DNA of 64,000 nt from Candidatus Krumholzibacteriota bacterium (GCA_963727455.1 CAVSGG010000008.1:438377-502376), one strand, 5' to 3'; positions 39,520-49,648 are shown, numbered from the stretch's first letter. Notes: a model not told the origin generated them from the letters alone. Numbers and translations are program-made.

Positions 39520-40730
39520 TGAGATCCAGGTGGTTCGTCCTCTTCGCCCTGCCGATCTACGCGTTTGCCATCGCTGCCCCCCTCTCCGTCGCGGTTGGAG
39601 CAATTTGCGCCGGGACCCTCGCCGTCCTTGCCCTGGTGCGTTGCTTCGTTCGCCCGCGACCCTACGGGGCCGTCCCGCGCTCCCTCGCCCTCGTCCTCCT
39701 CGCCTACTTCCTGGCTCACCTTTGCGCGACCGTGTTCGCGGCCCCCTATCCCAGCAACTGGGGCAAACTGCTGGGAGAAATGTGGCTCAAGTTGCTGCTG
39801 ATCTCCGTGCCAGTGGTGGCCTTCGGCCTATCGGAACACGTCCGGCGCGCCGTCAAACTTCTCCTTCTGGTGGGCGCCGCAGTCGCCGTTTACGGAATCT
39901 GGCAACACTTCAGCGGAGTCGATTGGTGGCACCATCGCGCGGCGCCCATGACCGGTGGTCAGTACATGTCGGTGGCGTTCTTCGGCCATCACCTGACCTA
40001 CGGCGGCCACGTCATGCTGCTGTTCATTGTATCGGTGTCCTGGGCTCTTCTCAGCCGCGATGTGAAGAAGCTCGAGCGCGCGCTCGCAATCTGTGCTGCG
40101 GTTCTCACGGGCCTGGCGCTGCTCTGGTCCTTCGCGCGCAGCGCCCAGATCGGAGCACTGGTCGGGGTTCTCGTCCTTGGCATCGCGATTCCCCGGCGGC
40201 GCAAGTGGATCGCTCTGGCGCCGCTTTTGGCAATGGGCGTGGCCCTTCTAGCCACCCCCGCTCTCATGGCGCGCGTGACCGCGCTCTTTGAGCCGGGCGC
40301 CGAAGAGACCCGCAGAAATCTCTGGAGTTCCTCGGTGCAGGGAATTCTCGCGCGACCGTGGCTGGGCTTCGGTCCGGGGAACTTCGGCCGCATGATGCAG
40401 GGCTACGAGGTCCCGGGCTTCTACGATACGAAGTCCCACGCCCACAACGACTTCCTGATGCACGGGGTGAACGCGGGCGCCTTGGGACTGCTCGCGGCGC
40501 TCGCGCTCCTGATCCTCAGTATGGTCCTTCTGTGGAGGGCCCGGCGAGGCGCAGTCCGCGGGGCCTTCCTCCTCACCGGAGTGTTCGCGTGCCAGGCCGG
40601 AATCTCCATCGCGGGGCTCTTCCAGGTCTACCAGACCGACGACGAGGTGGAGATGTTGCTCTATTTCCTCCTGGGAGCGGCCTTTGCCCTGGCCGCGCGC
40701 CGCCAGCCCTCGCCGCCGGACAGCCCCTGA
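39516..40730 (+). CDS. O-antigen ligase family protein
   Basis: Multiple transmembrane segments; RRNLW, PWLGFGPGNF, HAHNDFL; ATGA overlap with gmhA. Confidence 0.88.
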   Translation: MMRSRWFVLFALPIYAFAIAAPLSVAVGAICAGTLAVLALVRCFVRPRPYGAVPRSLALVLLAYFLAHLCATVFAAPYPSNWGKLLGEMWLKLLLISVPVVAFGLSEHVRRAVKLLLLVGAAVAVYGIWQHFSGVDWWHHRAAPMTGGQYMSVAFFGHHLTYGGHVMLLFIVSVSWALLSRDVKKLERALAICAAVLTGLALLWSFARSAQIGALVGVLVLGIAIPRRRKWIALAPLLAMGVALLATPALMARVTALFEPGAEETRRNLWSSSVQGILARPWLGFGPGNFGRMMQGYEVPGFYDTKSHAHNDFLMHGVNAGALGLLAALALLILSMVLLWRARRGAVRGAFLLTGVFACQAGISIAGLFQVYQTDDEVEMLLYFLLGAAFALAARRQPSPPDSP

Positions 40731-40944
40731 CCGCCCCCACTCTTGGCTGGCTCCCTCTCGTCCACTCTTCTTGGAACCACCCGCGCAGCTCCCCTTCGTT
40801 CGGGCCGATTGAGCACCGGGATTCCCGCGCTCCACTCTCGGCATCCGCCTTGCTGGATGACGCGATGCCCGGGGCTTCCCTCGCCATCTCCTCCCTAAGG
40901 GAGCGGATGTGCCCCGGGCGAAACATTCAACGGGGATGTGTGCG

Positions 40945-41787
40945 ATGCCGTATCGAGCTGCCGCGAGATTGGATGGACCGGGGATTCTGGCCACTGCAAA
41001 GCCGCCGCGAAAGAGTAGCGACTTTAAGCCCTCGATCATCGCCACCGTCTCCTGTAGCACTCCGGTTCTGCGTGGCGTGGATCTGATACGTCTGGATGCA
41101 GCCCACGGTACTCTGGCCGAGATCACTCGCACCCGCACGTACTACTCCTGTCCCGCCATCCTGGATCTGCCCGGGCCCACGAGCACCGCGCGGACCAGCC
41201 TTCTCACCACAAGCGAATTTCTGATCTTTGCCGCGGCCGAGGGATTCGACTGGGTCACGCTCAATGGCGTGCGTGAGCTCCGCGAGATTCAGCACGCGCG
41301 CGAACTCTTGCTGCCCTCGATTCAAATCGCGAGTTCCAGCTCTGCGCCCGAGGAACTCGGGGACACCCAACTCGAGTCGATCGTAGCTGCGAGCGATGCC
41401 TTGGTTCTCCCGTACGGACAACTCGCGCTGAGAATCGGTGGGGATCGGGCGCGCCAGCAGGTCGGACGGGCTCTGGTCGCGTGTGCGCGGCAAGCTCGTC
41501 CTCTCCTGCTCTCGGGAGGTCTTCTGAGCACCATGGTGGATTCCCGAATGCCGGAGATCTCGCAACTGGAATGGCTCGGCGAATTCGCCAACGCCGGCTG
41601 TGCCGGCTTCGTACTGACTGAAGAGACCGCCGCCTCCCCCCACGCTCAGCTCTGCGTCGACACCCTCGAGTTCGTGCTTGCTCCCCTCACGGCGACCGTC
41701 TGCCGGCGCCAGTCCGGATTCGCGCGGGTCTCGGCCGCACCCGGACTCTTCAGCCAGCAAGCAGTCGTACTTTCCGAAGACGAGTAG
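40945..41787 (+). CDS. Degenerate pyruvate-kinase barrel protein (probable pseudoenzyme)
   Basis: Colinear PK-like motifs IIATV, GVDLIRLDAAHG, ILDLPGP, ASDALVLPYGQL, LLSTM, FVLTEETA; no B or C domain. Confidence 0.7.
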   Translation: MPYRAAARLDGPGILATAKPPRKSSDFKPSIIATVSCSTPVLRGVDLIRLDAAHGTLAEITRTRTYYSCPAILDLPGPTSTARTSLLTTSEFLIFAAAEGFDWVTLNGVRELREIQHARELLLPSIQIASSSSAPEELGDTQLESIVAASDALVLPYGQLALRIGGDRARQQVGRALVACARQARPLLLSGGLLSTMVDSRMPEISQLEWLGEFANAGCAGFVLTEETAASPHAQLCVDTLEFVLAPLTATVCRRQSGFARVSAAPGLFSQQAVVLSEDE

Positions 41788-41803
41788 TTTCGCCCAGAAA
41801 TTT

Positions 41804-42847
41804 TTAGGTGAAGAGACCTTCGCGCGCGCCGCACTGCGGACCCATGAGTTTGAGGGCCTGCACCGCGCGTCGAACCGCGTTTCCGTCCACCGGCCCCAAA
41901 ATCTCTCGCGCTGCGATCGTGGGCGCTCGCATCATTGCAATCGGATCTGACCGCAACCAGCCGCGAGCACGCGCGAGTTGCGTGGGGTCATCCACCCACT
42001 CGAATGCCTGCAGGGCCCGAGCGAGCGGCGTTTGCCTCGGCCCCGAGCCTCCCTGGAGATTCCACGAGCCCAGGCCGAGGGTAGGACGGCCTAGGGCGGC
42101 TGCCCGCAAGAGGGTCACCCCGGGTTCGGCCAAAACCAAATCGCTGGCCGCGAGGAGTTCGGCCTCGCCGAGCATCTCTGTTTTGGGATAGACACCGGGC
42201 CCCTGAAGGACACGCTCGAAGGGCAGCGGATCGAGGAGACGTCGCTCGGTGGAACAACTCAGGACCAGGTCCGCCTCGACTCTGAGTGAGGCAAGAGCCT
42301 GTGTCAGCGTTCTCAAGCCTTCGCCACCGGCCTCGACCCGCAGCAAGTACAGAGGGCGCTCGCTCTCGGGGGAGAGCCCCAGCGCGCAGCGCGCGCGACT
42401 GCGCGCGCCCACCTGAAGGGCGATGTCCAGAACGGGATCGCCAATGACGACGCTCGCGCAGGAGGGGTCGTCGTCGCGCAGTGAGGGACCAGACACGAGC
42501 GTCAGGGTGGCGGACGAGATTCGCCCACCAGTGCCGGGATCGCGCCACTCCACCAGGGCGCCTCGTTCGCGCAACCAGCCGCGCAGACTGGCCTCGGAAA
42601 GTTCTCCGTGACTTACCAGAAGGTCGAAATCGCCATGGGGCGTACTGAGCGGCTCGAGTCCGCGCTCGCGGGCGATGCGTAGCACTTCCGCGCGGCTGTT
42701 CAGGTGAAAGGAAGGCCAGCGTCCCGAGGGAACCAGAATGTTCGATCCCGGAGTGCGACGCAGCACCGCTTCGAAACTTTCGAGCTGCTCGGGGAGAGTG
42801 ACGAGAAAACCGGTGCGCATGCGGATCGCGAGCGTGCCCATCCCCAC
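41804..42847 (-). CDS. Hypothetical protein with GT-B/CDP-glycerol glycerophosphotransferase-like remnants
   Basis: IGDPVLD, RCALGL..RP, LLAASDLVL..AAALGRP, DGNAVRR. Confidence 0.55.
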   Translation of the reverse strand: MGMGTLAIRMRTGFLVTLPEQLESFEAVLRRTPGSNILVPSGRWPSFHLNSRAEVLRIARERGLEPLSTPHGDFDLLVSHGELSEASLRGWLRERGALVEWRDPGTGGRISSATLTLVSGPSLRDDDPSCASVVIGDPVLDIALQVGARSRARCALGLSPESERPLYLLRVEAGGEGLRTLTQALASLRVEADLVLSCSTERRLLDPLPFERVLQGPGVYPKTEMLGEAELLAASDLVLAEPGVTLLRAAALGRPTLGLGSWNLQGGSGPRQTPLARALQAFEWVDDPTQLARARGWLRSDPIAMMRAPTIAAREILGPVDGNAVRRAVQALKLMGPQCGAREGLFT

Positions 42848-42910
42848 GACGGGACCGCGCTCGTCCGCGTCTCTTTCAAGAATGGTGCCGTCCTGGCGCC
42901 GGCGGGCAAT

Positions 42911-43396
42911 CTAGCCGTGATACAGAACCCGCGCGGGGACTCCCGCGACGACTTCCTTGGCTGCCACGTCCCTGGTGACCACGGCGCCGGCGCCGATGAC
43001 CGCGCCTTTACCCACGTGGATGCCGCCCATGATGATGGCCCCCGAACCGATGGAAACCTGATCGCCGATTTCCGTGGGCACGAAGCGATCCGCCCAGTCC
43101 TTCTCCTGTTCCGGTTTTCCACTGGGAGTCACCGCGCGCGGATGAAGGTCGTTGATGAAAATGACGCCGTGACCGACGAAGCAACCATCACCGATGTGGA
43201 CCCCTTCACAGATGAAGGTGTGACTGCTGATCTTGCAGTAGCGGCCGATGACCGCCCCCTTCTGGATTTCCACGAAAGTGCCGATGCGGGATTCGTCTCC
43301 GATCTTGCAGCCGTAGAGATTCACGAAACGGTAGATCTTTACGTCCTTACCCAAGATCACGTCGTCTGCAATGCTCACGAATTCCAAGTTCGTCAC
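42911..43396 (-). CDS. Hexapeptide-repeat N-acetyltransferase (WbpD-like)
   Basis: IGTFVEIQ, ICEGVHIGD, FINDLHPRA, IGAGAVVTRDV..GVPAR. Confidence 0.92.
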   Translation of the reverse strand: MTNLEFVSIADDVILGKDVKIYRFVNLYGCKIGDESRIGTFVEIQKGAVIGRYCKISSHTFICEGVHIGDGCFVGHGVIFINDLHPRAVTPSGKPEQEKDWADRFVPTEIGDQVSIGSGAIIMGGIHVGKGAVIGAGAVVTRDVAAKEVVAGVPARVLYHG

Positions 43397-43543
43397 CTTC
43401 TCTCGATCTCGTTCTCATCCCGGCGCTGTTCGCTGGCTGGGGTGCTAGCCGCGCTTCGCAATCGCCTTCTGAGTTAGTGGCGTGAGCTTACGACCCACGG
43501 CTTGCTTCGAGAATAAACGTGTCACCGAAGGGAAGCGAGCAGC

Positions 43544-43578
43544 AAAAAAAGGCGAGATGAGCTTCGCTCACCCCGCCT
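43544..43578 (-). terminator. Rho-independent terminator
   Basis: On - strand AGGCGGGGTGAGC-GAA-GCTCATCTCGCCT followed by a T run; G-U pairs fit the - strand. Confidence 0.85.
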
Positions 43579-44014
43579 CCAATCTAGATTCCAGTTCTGT
43601 TAGAAGAACACCCCCCTGCCCGTTCATGCTCAAGTTGCGCTACCGGTGGGAGCCGAAGCCGATGAAGCGCACAGGGGGGTGAAGAAGGTGCGCGGGCCGT
43701 ACCCAACTTGGAGACCTTTGATCATGAGGATTGGTCCCAGTACCTCATGAGGAATGCCAAGTGCTCGTGGCGTGAATGAGAATCCTCGCCACGCCCTGCG
43801 AGTGGTTCTCGCTGAGATGAGCCGACGGCGCCCGTGTGTCAGCTGCATCTCCAATCGCCACAAACTGGTCCGACCCGCACGTGGTCGCAAAAAACCTGGA
43901 CCGCGGTTTCCGCATGCGGCCGGGAGCGGTCGTCCCGGGGAAGCCAATTGTTCCGCTTCCGCTACCAAGAGAATCCAATCTCGAAGGCGCCGCAACGACT
44001 TCTCTAGAATGGAA
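43544..44014 (-). ncRNA. Candidate large structured RNA (~470 nt), family unknown
   Basis: 670-bp non-coding gap with a chain of hairpins, complementary 5' and 3' ends, TAGAAT upstream and a terminator downstream. Confidence 0.5.
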
Positions 44015-44066
44015 TGATTCTACCCAGTCCGGTTCGTAAAGGTCCGAACAGCCTTTCGTAGCGGGC

Positions 44067-46850
44067 TCAACGAGGCAAATTGGGTGCAAGGAGCACCGCG
44101 TTCAGAAGCAGGCGCGTGGTCACCGGCCAGATGCCCCGGAAGGTGGGATCTTCGGCGAAAAGAACGAGCTTACCCTTTTCGTGTTTCTCGCAGATGAGGT
44201 AGGGGCGTCCCGCCAGAGCTTCGACGGTCTCCGGCCAGGCGAAGCCGGCGATCAGAGGTTCGTGCGCCGCGTAATTCACTACGACTTGGTCCTCCTCGCC
44301 CGCGCGCAGCTCCCGTCCACGCAAGACGAGAGCGGAACACGGCCCCTGGGCGCCGTAGCACAGGAAGTGGTAGGGAGCCCTCTCCAACCGAAAGATGGCG
44401 CCCGGGGTGCTAGGAGGCGCATCTGGGGGCTCTGTGCCATTGGGACCCAACTGGGAGGGATTCTCCTCGCCGGGAGAAGTCTCGGCGTTCTTTTCGTTCG
44501 GATAAGGACTAGATTCCGCCGTGGGGGCCTCCTGGGAAGACAGTGCTGGCTCCACCTCGTCCTCCCCCGGCCGGGTGTCTTGGGCCAGCGATACGGACAA
44601 CCAGTCCGGCACCTCCATGAGGGCCTCTCCCGCCTTGCCCAGTGCCACCAGAATCCCCCCTTGATCCACCCAGCTGCGCAGGTCCGGCAGGATCGGCGCG
44701 TGCTTCTCGAGATCCGGAAGGATGATCACGTCCACCTCACGCAAACGAAGTTCCTCGAGTTCGTCGAGGAGCACCGTCGAGCACTCGATTCCCATGTGCT
44801 CGCGCAAAATCCACAGCACGCTGCCCAGGCTGGTCGGGCGCACTCCGGGGCCGCCGGCGACCACGATACGCGGCTGGCGCAAGCGCACCACCCTTTCGCT
44901 CCCCAGGGATGGCCCCTCGTCGCTCCATGCACTGCTGACAGGGACGACTTCCACTCCCGTATCGCGTGCGACATCGTCGATCAGGGAATCCAGAACGACT
45001 GTGGAGTCCTGGACCGAACGCTTGAGCACCAGACTACCCGCGGGAAAGTCCTCCTTGCCTTGTCGAAACGCGTCGCGGGCGAGAGAGACCTTCGCGCCTT
45101 TGCGCCAGAGTGAAGCCAGAGCGGCACAAGTCGCGTTGTCTCGATCGGGGATGAGGTAGCCGTAGGACGCGTTCGCATGTTCGATTGGCGGGCTCGGCGG
45201 TACGTCCTCTGCTGTCACGCGAACGCTGGTCACGTCCAGACTTTTCGAGCTGTAATAGGTGGTCAGTCCAAAAGCGAGCGGCAGACTCCAAGCCGTCACG
45301 TCGTAGAAACGATCGCCAAGTCCGGCGCGGTGGCGTTCGGTCTCTTCTTTCAGAAAGGGCTCGTCCATGGCCTGTTCCCAAACCAGGAGGTTTTGCAGGA
45401 GCGGATAGGCCGCTTGCTCCAGAACGATCCGGTAGCTCCCGGCTGAGAAGTTGTGCTCGTTTTCCTCTCCGCTCTCTTGGGTCGAGACTCGCGCCCGGAA
45501 GCCGCGCTCGCTTTGTAGGACCTGTACTCCTTGCATGCTCAAGAGCCGCGCCAGGCGTCGCGTCTCGGCAGGAGCTTTATCGAGATCGAAGAGAATTTCT
45601 CTGGCATCGACCTTAGCCGCCCTACGCAAGGCCTCTTCGTGAAAGCGCCGGGAATACTGGAGCAGTTCCTGGCTCTTGGCGGCGCTCGTGCGGCAGCTCG
45701 TCAACGCCGCGAGGAAATGGTGCGCAACCGCATCGCGGTAGCTGCGGATGGCTCCGCTGCCGTCTTCGATCCGTAGCCCGTGCGAACTCGCTTGCTCGAA
45801 GGTCATCCCGATCGCGCCCTGCAAACTGGGCCAGGAGTCTCCGTAACCGGGATAGAAGAGATCGAATTGCTCGCGCACGAAGTAGTCGAGTCCGGCGGCA
45901 TCGAAAGCCGAGGCATTGGCCCTTCCGTAGAGCTCGAGCCAGGACTGCAGCGCTTCGGGAAGCAGCGGATTGTGCGGCAGAGCCGAAGGCGGAAAGAAGT
46001 AGGTGGAGGAAGGCCGCATCTCGTGCAGGTCCAAAAAGACCTGGGGGTGCCAGCGTAGAAAGGCGGCGACCCTCGCCCTGCTCTCCGGCTGGGTAAGGAA
46101 GGCCCAGTCGCGGTTGAGGTCGAAGAGGTTGTGGTTGTAGCGGCCGGACGGCCAGAGCTCTGTGTGCTCGATGGCGTAGGGATAGGGGTCGGGGCCTCCC
46201 GACTGGCGCGTGAAGGATCGAAGGTGCTGCAAGAATCGGCCGCGCCCGTCGGGATTCTGACAGAGATCGATGAGTACCACGATGTGTTCGAGGAGCTCTT
46301 GCGTCGCCTCGCTGCGATCAGCCGCCAAGTGGTATGCCAGGAATAGTCCCGCGTCGCAGCCGCTGGCCTCGTCCCCGTGGATCCCGCAAGCGACCCACAC
46401 CGCGGGCAGGGGCGCGGGGGCTTTATTGCTTCGCGCAGCCGCGCTCGCAGAAAGATCCAGCGCGGCCCGTGACTGCAGCAGACCGTCCTGCCGCTTCGAA
46501 GCGCTGATCGCCAAGAGGAGCAATGGATCGCCCTCGACGCTGCGACCGATCTCGTGCACGCTCACCCGATCGCTCTCTTTGGCCAAGAGCCGCGCGTAGG
46601 CGATGAGTTCTTCGACCGAAGCCGGTCTCTTCCCCAACGGGTGCCCCAAGAGCGAAGCGGGCGTGGGCAGGGCCGGATCGTAGTCCGCTCCTTTCACCCA
46701 CTGTGTCGCAGGGGCCTCCGCCGTGAACCCGGCCGCTACTCTTGGCGCAAACAGTGCGCCGAGCAGCAGGAAGAGACTGAAGCCAAGCAACTCCAAGGAG
46801 CGCTGGCCAAGCTTTGCCTGGTATTTTTCAAGGGAAGAACGCAATGCCAC
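44067..46850 (-). CDS. Secreted M14 zinc carboxypeptidase-family protein
   Basis: IHGDE, NPDG, RYNH..DLNRD, DLHEM, FEQ, YDVTAWSLP. Confidence 0.9.
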   Translation of the reverse strand: MALRSSLEKYQAKLGQRSLELLGFSLFLLLGALFAPRVAAGFTAEAPATQWVKGADYDPALPTPASLLGHPLGKRPASVEELIAYARLLAKESDRVSVHEIGRSVEGDPLLLLAISASKRQDGLLQSRAALDLSASAAARSNKAPAPLPAVWVACGIHGDEASGCDAGLFLAYHLAADRSEATQELLEHIVVLIDLCQNPDGRGRFLQHLRSFTRQSGGPDPYPYAIEHTELWPSGRYNHNLFDLNRDWAFLTQPESRARVAAFLRWHPQVFLDLHEMRPSSTYFFPPSALPHNPLLPEALQSWLELYGRANASAFDAAGLDYFVREQFDLFYPGYGDSWPSLQGAIGMTFEQASSHGLRIEDGSGAIRSYRDAVAHHFLAALTSCRTSAAKSQELLQYSRRFHEEALRRAAKVDAREILFDLDKAPAETRRLARLLSMQGVQVLQSERGFRARVSTQESGEENEHNFSAGSYRIVLEQAAYPLLQNLLVWEQAMDEPFLKEETERHRAGLGDRFYDVTAWSLPLAFGLTTYYSSKSLDVTSVRVTAEDVPPSPPIEHANASYGYLIPDRDNATCAALASLWRKGAKVSLARDAFRQGKEDFPAGSLVLKRSVQDSTVVLDSLIDDVARDTGVEVVPVSSAWSDEGPSLGSERVVRLRQPRIVVAGGPGVRPTSLGSVLWILREHMGIECSTVLLDELEELRLREVDVIILPDLEKHAPILPDLRSWVDQGGILVALGKAGEALMEVPDWLSVSLAQDTRPGEDEVEPALSSQEAPTAESSPYPNEKNAETSPGEENPSQLGPNGTEPPDAPPSTPGAIFRLERAPYHFLCYGAQGPCSALVLRGRELRAGEEDQVVVNYAAHEPLIAGFAWPETVEALAGRPYLICEKHEKGKLVLFAEDPTFRGIWPVTTRLLLNAVLLAPNLPR

Positions 46851-46860
46851 CCCTCCGCGT

Positions 46861-48000
46861 TCAGGCCCCGGACGTTTCGCGTCCCCGGCCTTTCGCCCAT
46901 GCGATCACCGCCCGCATCACTCGCTCCTGATCGCCGGGCTTCATTCTGGCCGAAAACGGCAGGGACACGACTCGCTTGCAGAGTGCTTCGGTCACCGGCG
47001 TCGCGGGCGTCCGTGGGCAACGGTCCTTGAAGGCGACCTGAGTGTGCAAGGGATGAGGATAGTGCACTACGGTGGGAATTCCCTTTTCGTCGAGCTCTTG
47101 AACGAAGCTTGCGCGCTGGTCCTCTCCTGGAAGCCGGATCGTGTACTGCGCCCACGAGGAACGGCAGTCCTCGCGCGTGTGGGGAAGTTCTACCGCTCCG
47201 CTCAATCCTTTAGAGTAGCGATCCGCTACGCGCTGTCGTAGCTGCAGTTCTTCAGGAAAGGCGCGAGCGCGAACTAAGAGAGCCGCGCACTGCAGGGCAT
47301 CCAGGCGCGCGTTGGTGCCCGGTTCCTGGTGGAGGTGGTGTCCCACTTCTCCGTGCTGACGCAGACGGCGCAGAGTCTCGGCGAGATCGTCCTCCTCGCA
47401 AAAGATCATCCCCCCATCACCCAAGCCACCCAAGGGCTTCGCCGGATAGAAGGAGGTGAAGCCGGCCCGTCCAAAGGCGCCGCTCATGCGCGTGGAGCTC
47501 TTCGCGCCGAGGCTCTGGCAAGCATCTTCCAGCAGTACGATCCCGCGCGCGTCACAGAGTGCCTCCAGTTCAGCCAAACGAGCCGGGTGCCCGAACAGGC
47601 TCACCGCGACAACCGCCTTCACTTTGTCGGTGAGCGCTGCCCGGACCGCCTGCGGGTCCATCGTAAACGTCTCCGGTTCGACGTCCACGAAAACCGGGCG
47701 GGCTCCCGCGAGCAGAACCGCCTCGGCAGTGGCCGCGAAAGTGAAATCGGGTACCAGAACCTCGTCGCCTCGGCCGATCCCCAAAGCCATGAACAAGAGT
47801 TGCTCGGCCACCGTGCCCGAAGTACAAGCGACAGCGTGTTTTGTCCCCACGAACTCGGCCAGAGTTTCTTCGAGCTCTCCTACCTTGGCTCCGCCGATGA
47901 AACGTCCGGAGTCCAGGACCTCCAGCAGAGCCTGGCGCAGTGCTTCTTTCTGCGGTGCAAGCATGGCCTGAAGATCCAAAAAAGGCAGACGAGGTTCCAT
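46861..48000 (-). CDS. DegT/DnrJ/EryC1 sugar aminotransferase (WbpE-like)
   Basis: SGTVA, EDACQS, SFYPAKPLGGLGDGG, NARLDALQ. Confidence 0.92.
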   Translation of the reverse strand: MEPRLPFLDLQAMLAPQKEALRQALLEVLDSGRFIGGAKVGELEETLAEFVGTKHAVACTSGTVAEQLLFMALGIGRGDEVLVPDFTFAATAEAVLLAGARPVFVDVEPETFTMDPQAVRAALTDKVKAVVAVSLFGHPARLAELEALCDARGIVLLEDACQSLGAKSSTRMSGAFGRAGFTSFYPAKPLGGLGDGGMIFCEEDDLAETLRRLRQHGEVGHHLHQEPGTNARLDALQCAALLVRARAFPEELQLRQRVADRYSKGLSGAVELPHTREDCRSSWAQYTIRLPGEDQRASFVQELDEKGIPTVVHYPHPLHTQVAFKDRCPRTPATPVTEALCKRVVSLPFSARMKPGDQERVMRAVIAWAKGRGRETSGA

Positions 48001-48013
48001 GGACTTCGTTCTC

Positions 48014-48607
48014 TCACTCACGATTGCGTCCGGGTTGCCAGAGCACGTCCTTTGTGCCCTTGCCGTTTGCCATCCGCGAGGCAACGAAGAGAAAATCGCT
48101 GAGCCGGTTCAGATATTTGAGCGCGTTGGGATTGACCTGCCCCTTGCGGCTCAAAGTGACGGTGTGCCGTTCTGCGCGACGGCAAATCGTGCGCGCCAGG
48201 TGGAGCCGTTGGCTCAGAGCAGAGCCACCGGGAAGCACGAAGCTGTTCAGAGGAGACAGCTTCTCGTTGGCTGCGTCGATCAGCTTCTCCAACCGCACCA
48301 CTTGCTTCTCGACGATGCGCAGCGCCTCGTCGTCGGAAGGAGCGGCTTCTTTCTTCTGCGCCCTTTGCGGAGTGGAGAGGTCAGCCCCGAGATCGAAAAG
48401 ATCGTGCTGAATGGCGCACAGAGCATCGCGGATGTCCTCGTCGCCGCTTTCACAGGCGCCGATACAGATACCAACGGCGGCGTTCAGCTCGTCCACGCTG
48501 CCGTAGGCTGCAATGCGCACATCGTCCTTGAAGACGCGGCTACCATCGGTGAGCCCGGTCGATCCGTCGTCGCCGCTGCGTGTGTAGATTCGATTCAGTT
48601 TGACCAT
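48014..48607 (-). CDS. ATP:cob(I)alamin adenosyltransferase (PduO/MMAB type)
   Basis: IYTRSGDDGST, YGSVDELNA, FVLPGG, RRAER, YLNRLSDFLF. Confidence 0.95.
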   Translation of the reverse strand: MVKLNRIYTRSGDDGSTGLTDGSRVFKDDVRIAAYGSVDELNAAVGICIGACESGDEDIRDALCAIQHDLFDLGADLSTPQRAQKKEAAPSDDEALRIVEKQVVRLEKLIDAANEKLSPLNSFVLPGGSALSQRLHLARTICRRAERHTVTLSRKGQVNPNALKYLNRLSDFLFVASRMANGKGTKDVLWQPGRNRE

Positions 48608-48655
48608 GACCTCATTCTAGCCGCAGTCGTGATCCTCGACCAGCATGGATGAAAT

Positions 48656-49648
48656 TCACCTGCCTCGCGCCTTGAGCAAGAGCACCAAGAAGAGCGGCGC
48701 GCCCACGATTGCGGTCAGCACACCCACCGGAAGTTCCGCTCCGCGGCCAGCCAATGTCATGCTTCGGGTGATGGTGTCCGCCAGGACCAAGAACCCGCCA
48801 CCCAAGAGGAAGGAGCCGGCCAAGAGGCGCCGGTGCGCAGGACCAAGCACGCGACGCGCGGCATGAGGAGCCAAGAGCCCGACGAAACCAATGGGGCCGG
48901 TCACCGCCACCACCGCCGCGGTGAGAGCCGATGCGGACAGCAGGCAGATGGTTTGGCTGGATTCGACGTCTACGCCGCGGCTGTTGGCCAGTTCTTCGCC
49001 GAAGGCGAGTTGATCCAATGCCCCCGCCTGCAGCGCCACTAACAGGAGCGCGGGGAACAGGATCACCGGCAGGGGCGAGAGCGCGCTCATGCCGCCCACT
49101 TCCAACCCTCCCATCATCCAGTGGTCCATGGCGCGCAGCCGGAAAGGATCGCTCAAGAACCGCAGGAGCAGAATTGCGGCTCCGAAGAAGAAGTTTAGGG
49201 TAACCCCGGCCAAGAGGAGTTCGTTGGTATCCAGGCTGCGTCCGCGTCGGGAGAGCAGATACAGCACTCCGACATCGATCACCGCAAACAGGAACGCGAA
49301 GAGCGTCACCGACGAGAGCGGTCCGATGGCGAATGCGAGTCCTGGAATGCTCAGAGCCAGAAAGGCCCCTAGGGCGCCGGCGAAGGAAACTCCCAGGGTG
49401 TAGGGCGTTGCCAAGTCGTTGCGCAAGAGTGTTTGAAAAACGGCGCCCGCGACAGCGAGACTGCCACCGGCCAAGAGACCGAGCAGTATGCGGGGCGCGC
49501 GCAAAAGAAGTATCTGCCCCCGGGGACTGTGCGCACCGTGCAAGAGGTCGAAGAGAGCCCCCCGCACATCGATCGAGGTGCTGCCCAAGAACGGAGCCAT
49601 CAGAAGAACCACCAGGCAGAAAAGCGCGAGCAGGAACAAGCGCTTCAT
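48656..49648 (-). CDS. FecCD/BtuC-type ABC permease
   Basis: RAPRILL, LRNDLATPYTLGV, GPIGFVGLLAPH, ELPVG. Confidence 0.92.
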   Translation of the reverse strand: MKRLFLLALFCLVVLLMAPFLGSTSIDVRGALFDLLHGAHSPRGQILLLRAPRILLGLLAGGSLAVAGAVFQTLLRNDLATPYTLGVSFAGALGAFLALSIPGLAFAIGPLSSVTLFAFLFAVIDVGVLYLLSRRGRSLDTNELLLAGVTLNFFFGAAILLLRFLSDPFRLRAMDHWMMGGLEVGGMSALSPLPVILFPALLLVALQAGALDQLAFGEELANSRGVDVESSQTICLLSASALTAAVVAVTGPIGFVGLLAPHAARRVLGPAHRRLLAGSFLLGGGFLVLADTITRSMTLAGRGAELPVGVLTAIVGAPLFLVLLLKARGR

